The position numbers and the translations under genes are program-made. A stretch of DNA of 63,972 nt, the filler included, from Reticulomyxa filosa (Eukaryota > Protista > Foraminifera), in the NCBI GenBank assembly GCA_000512085.1. It is 20 parts of 20 records of this genome, joined end to end, with 100 filler letters (N's around TTAATTAATTAA, not from the genome) between each part and the next. Parts side by side here need not be neighbours in the genome. Positions count along the whole stretch, not along the records: positions 62,660 to 63,972 come from ASPP01046699.1; 19 more parts are not named here. One strand, given 5' to 3'. Shown here piece by piece: positions 63,132 to 63,972 of this stretch. The notes below the pieces were generated by a model, which worked only from the letters and a program-made list of their open reading frames with translations, was not told where the DNA came from and ran no database searches. The stretch's first letter is position 1. Every line of letters starts with the position of its first letter.

Positions 63132-63972
63132 ATTGTGTGCACAAGGTTTAACTGAAGCTTCTTAGCTCAACTTCAGCTGGGCCTCTCCCAAAGTTTAGTG
63201 GAAACTTGATCCTTTTTTTGAATTATTTCAATGAAAATAGTATGCTTATGTAACAGATAATTTTATTCTTTTCTAATAATTTTTTAAAGGAAAAGTATTA
63301 TCTCGTTTTTTTTTTACTACTCAAAAAGAAAAAATAAGTGTAGATATGATTGTGAGAGTGCTGACTGCTTTAAAATTGGCATAAAGTTAATTGCAAAAAT
63401 GTTGCGCTCTGAAAATTTTTCAACAAAAACAAAATAGTTAAATCAAGAAAAAAACGAATGATAAACAACAAAGAAAAACTAGTGAAAGAATGAAGCAAAT
63501 AGGATTGAGAGAAAAGTTCCAGGATTTCACTAGCTTTGCCGTGAATAATTAATTCTACATAATCCTTAAAATATTTTTGTATTAACTAATCTTTGAAATT
63601 ACTTTTTGTCACCATATTTTGATATAAATGACACGTTTTGAGTTTATATTGCCGTTGTTTGCCAAGTTTTTAATCGGTGGGGACCTCTTCACTTGCGCCC
63701 AAATTTGTGATATGCCGTTGGATAGGAAAGTAATGCATTAAAACAGAAATAGCCGATGCTGATGAGGATATTTGTATTGCGTCATATATCTAATATGGCA
63801 AATGCTTTTAATTTTTTTTTGTAAAAAAAGTAAAGTAATAAGACGAACAAACAGAAGGAATAGCACTAATAAATAACAACAAAGTTTTCAACTATTATGC
63901 AATGATATAATACATGGTACATAAAAGTTTGCAACGCTCTGCTTCTGATATCGGTTTCATGTCCTAACGATC

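Overview
This window is not a contiguous locus. It is 20 short contigs joined by 19 identical 100-nt linkers (N44-TTAATTAATTAA-N44), so adjacency only means something within a contig. Nineteen contigs look like one AT-rich eukaryote with short GT-AG introns. The lineage-typical WD40 repeats, (AAT)n tracts and gene style suggest a foraminiferan such as Reticulomyxa filosa; this is an inference from recalled family features, not a search result. One contig (6551-7575) is GC-rich alphaproteobacterial DNA (DUF3576-leuS). Housekeeping-type genes include F-BAR-RhoGAP, RING1-like, hnRNP F/H-like, UBX, importin-4, WD40, PDCD2, transketolase, RING, CUE and SAM proteins. Mobile DNA comprises an RNase H-bearing LINE family, decayed on four contigs, and an open Ty3/gypsy-like gag-protease ORF. 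The most interesting signals are: (1) on one contig, a 5-exon CUE-CUE-PUB-ADP-ribosyltransferase gene directly followed by a catalytically dead OAS-like (or DZF-like) nucleotidyltransferase-fold gene, possibly fused to winged-helix domains, forming a candidate protist immune/ubiquitin-surveillance locus; (2) two complementary tRNA halves on opposite strands flanking strong hairpins; (3) a spliced vWA-HSPA12-like fusion head-to-head with a second HSPA12-like gene; (4) a GTPase with a Cys/His-rich tail head-to-head with a degenerate Hsp70. All domain calls are by eye from motifs; no database search was run.
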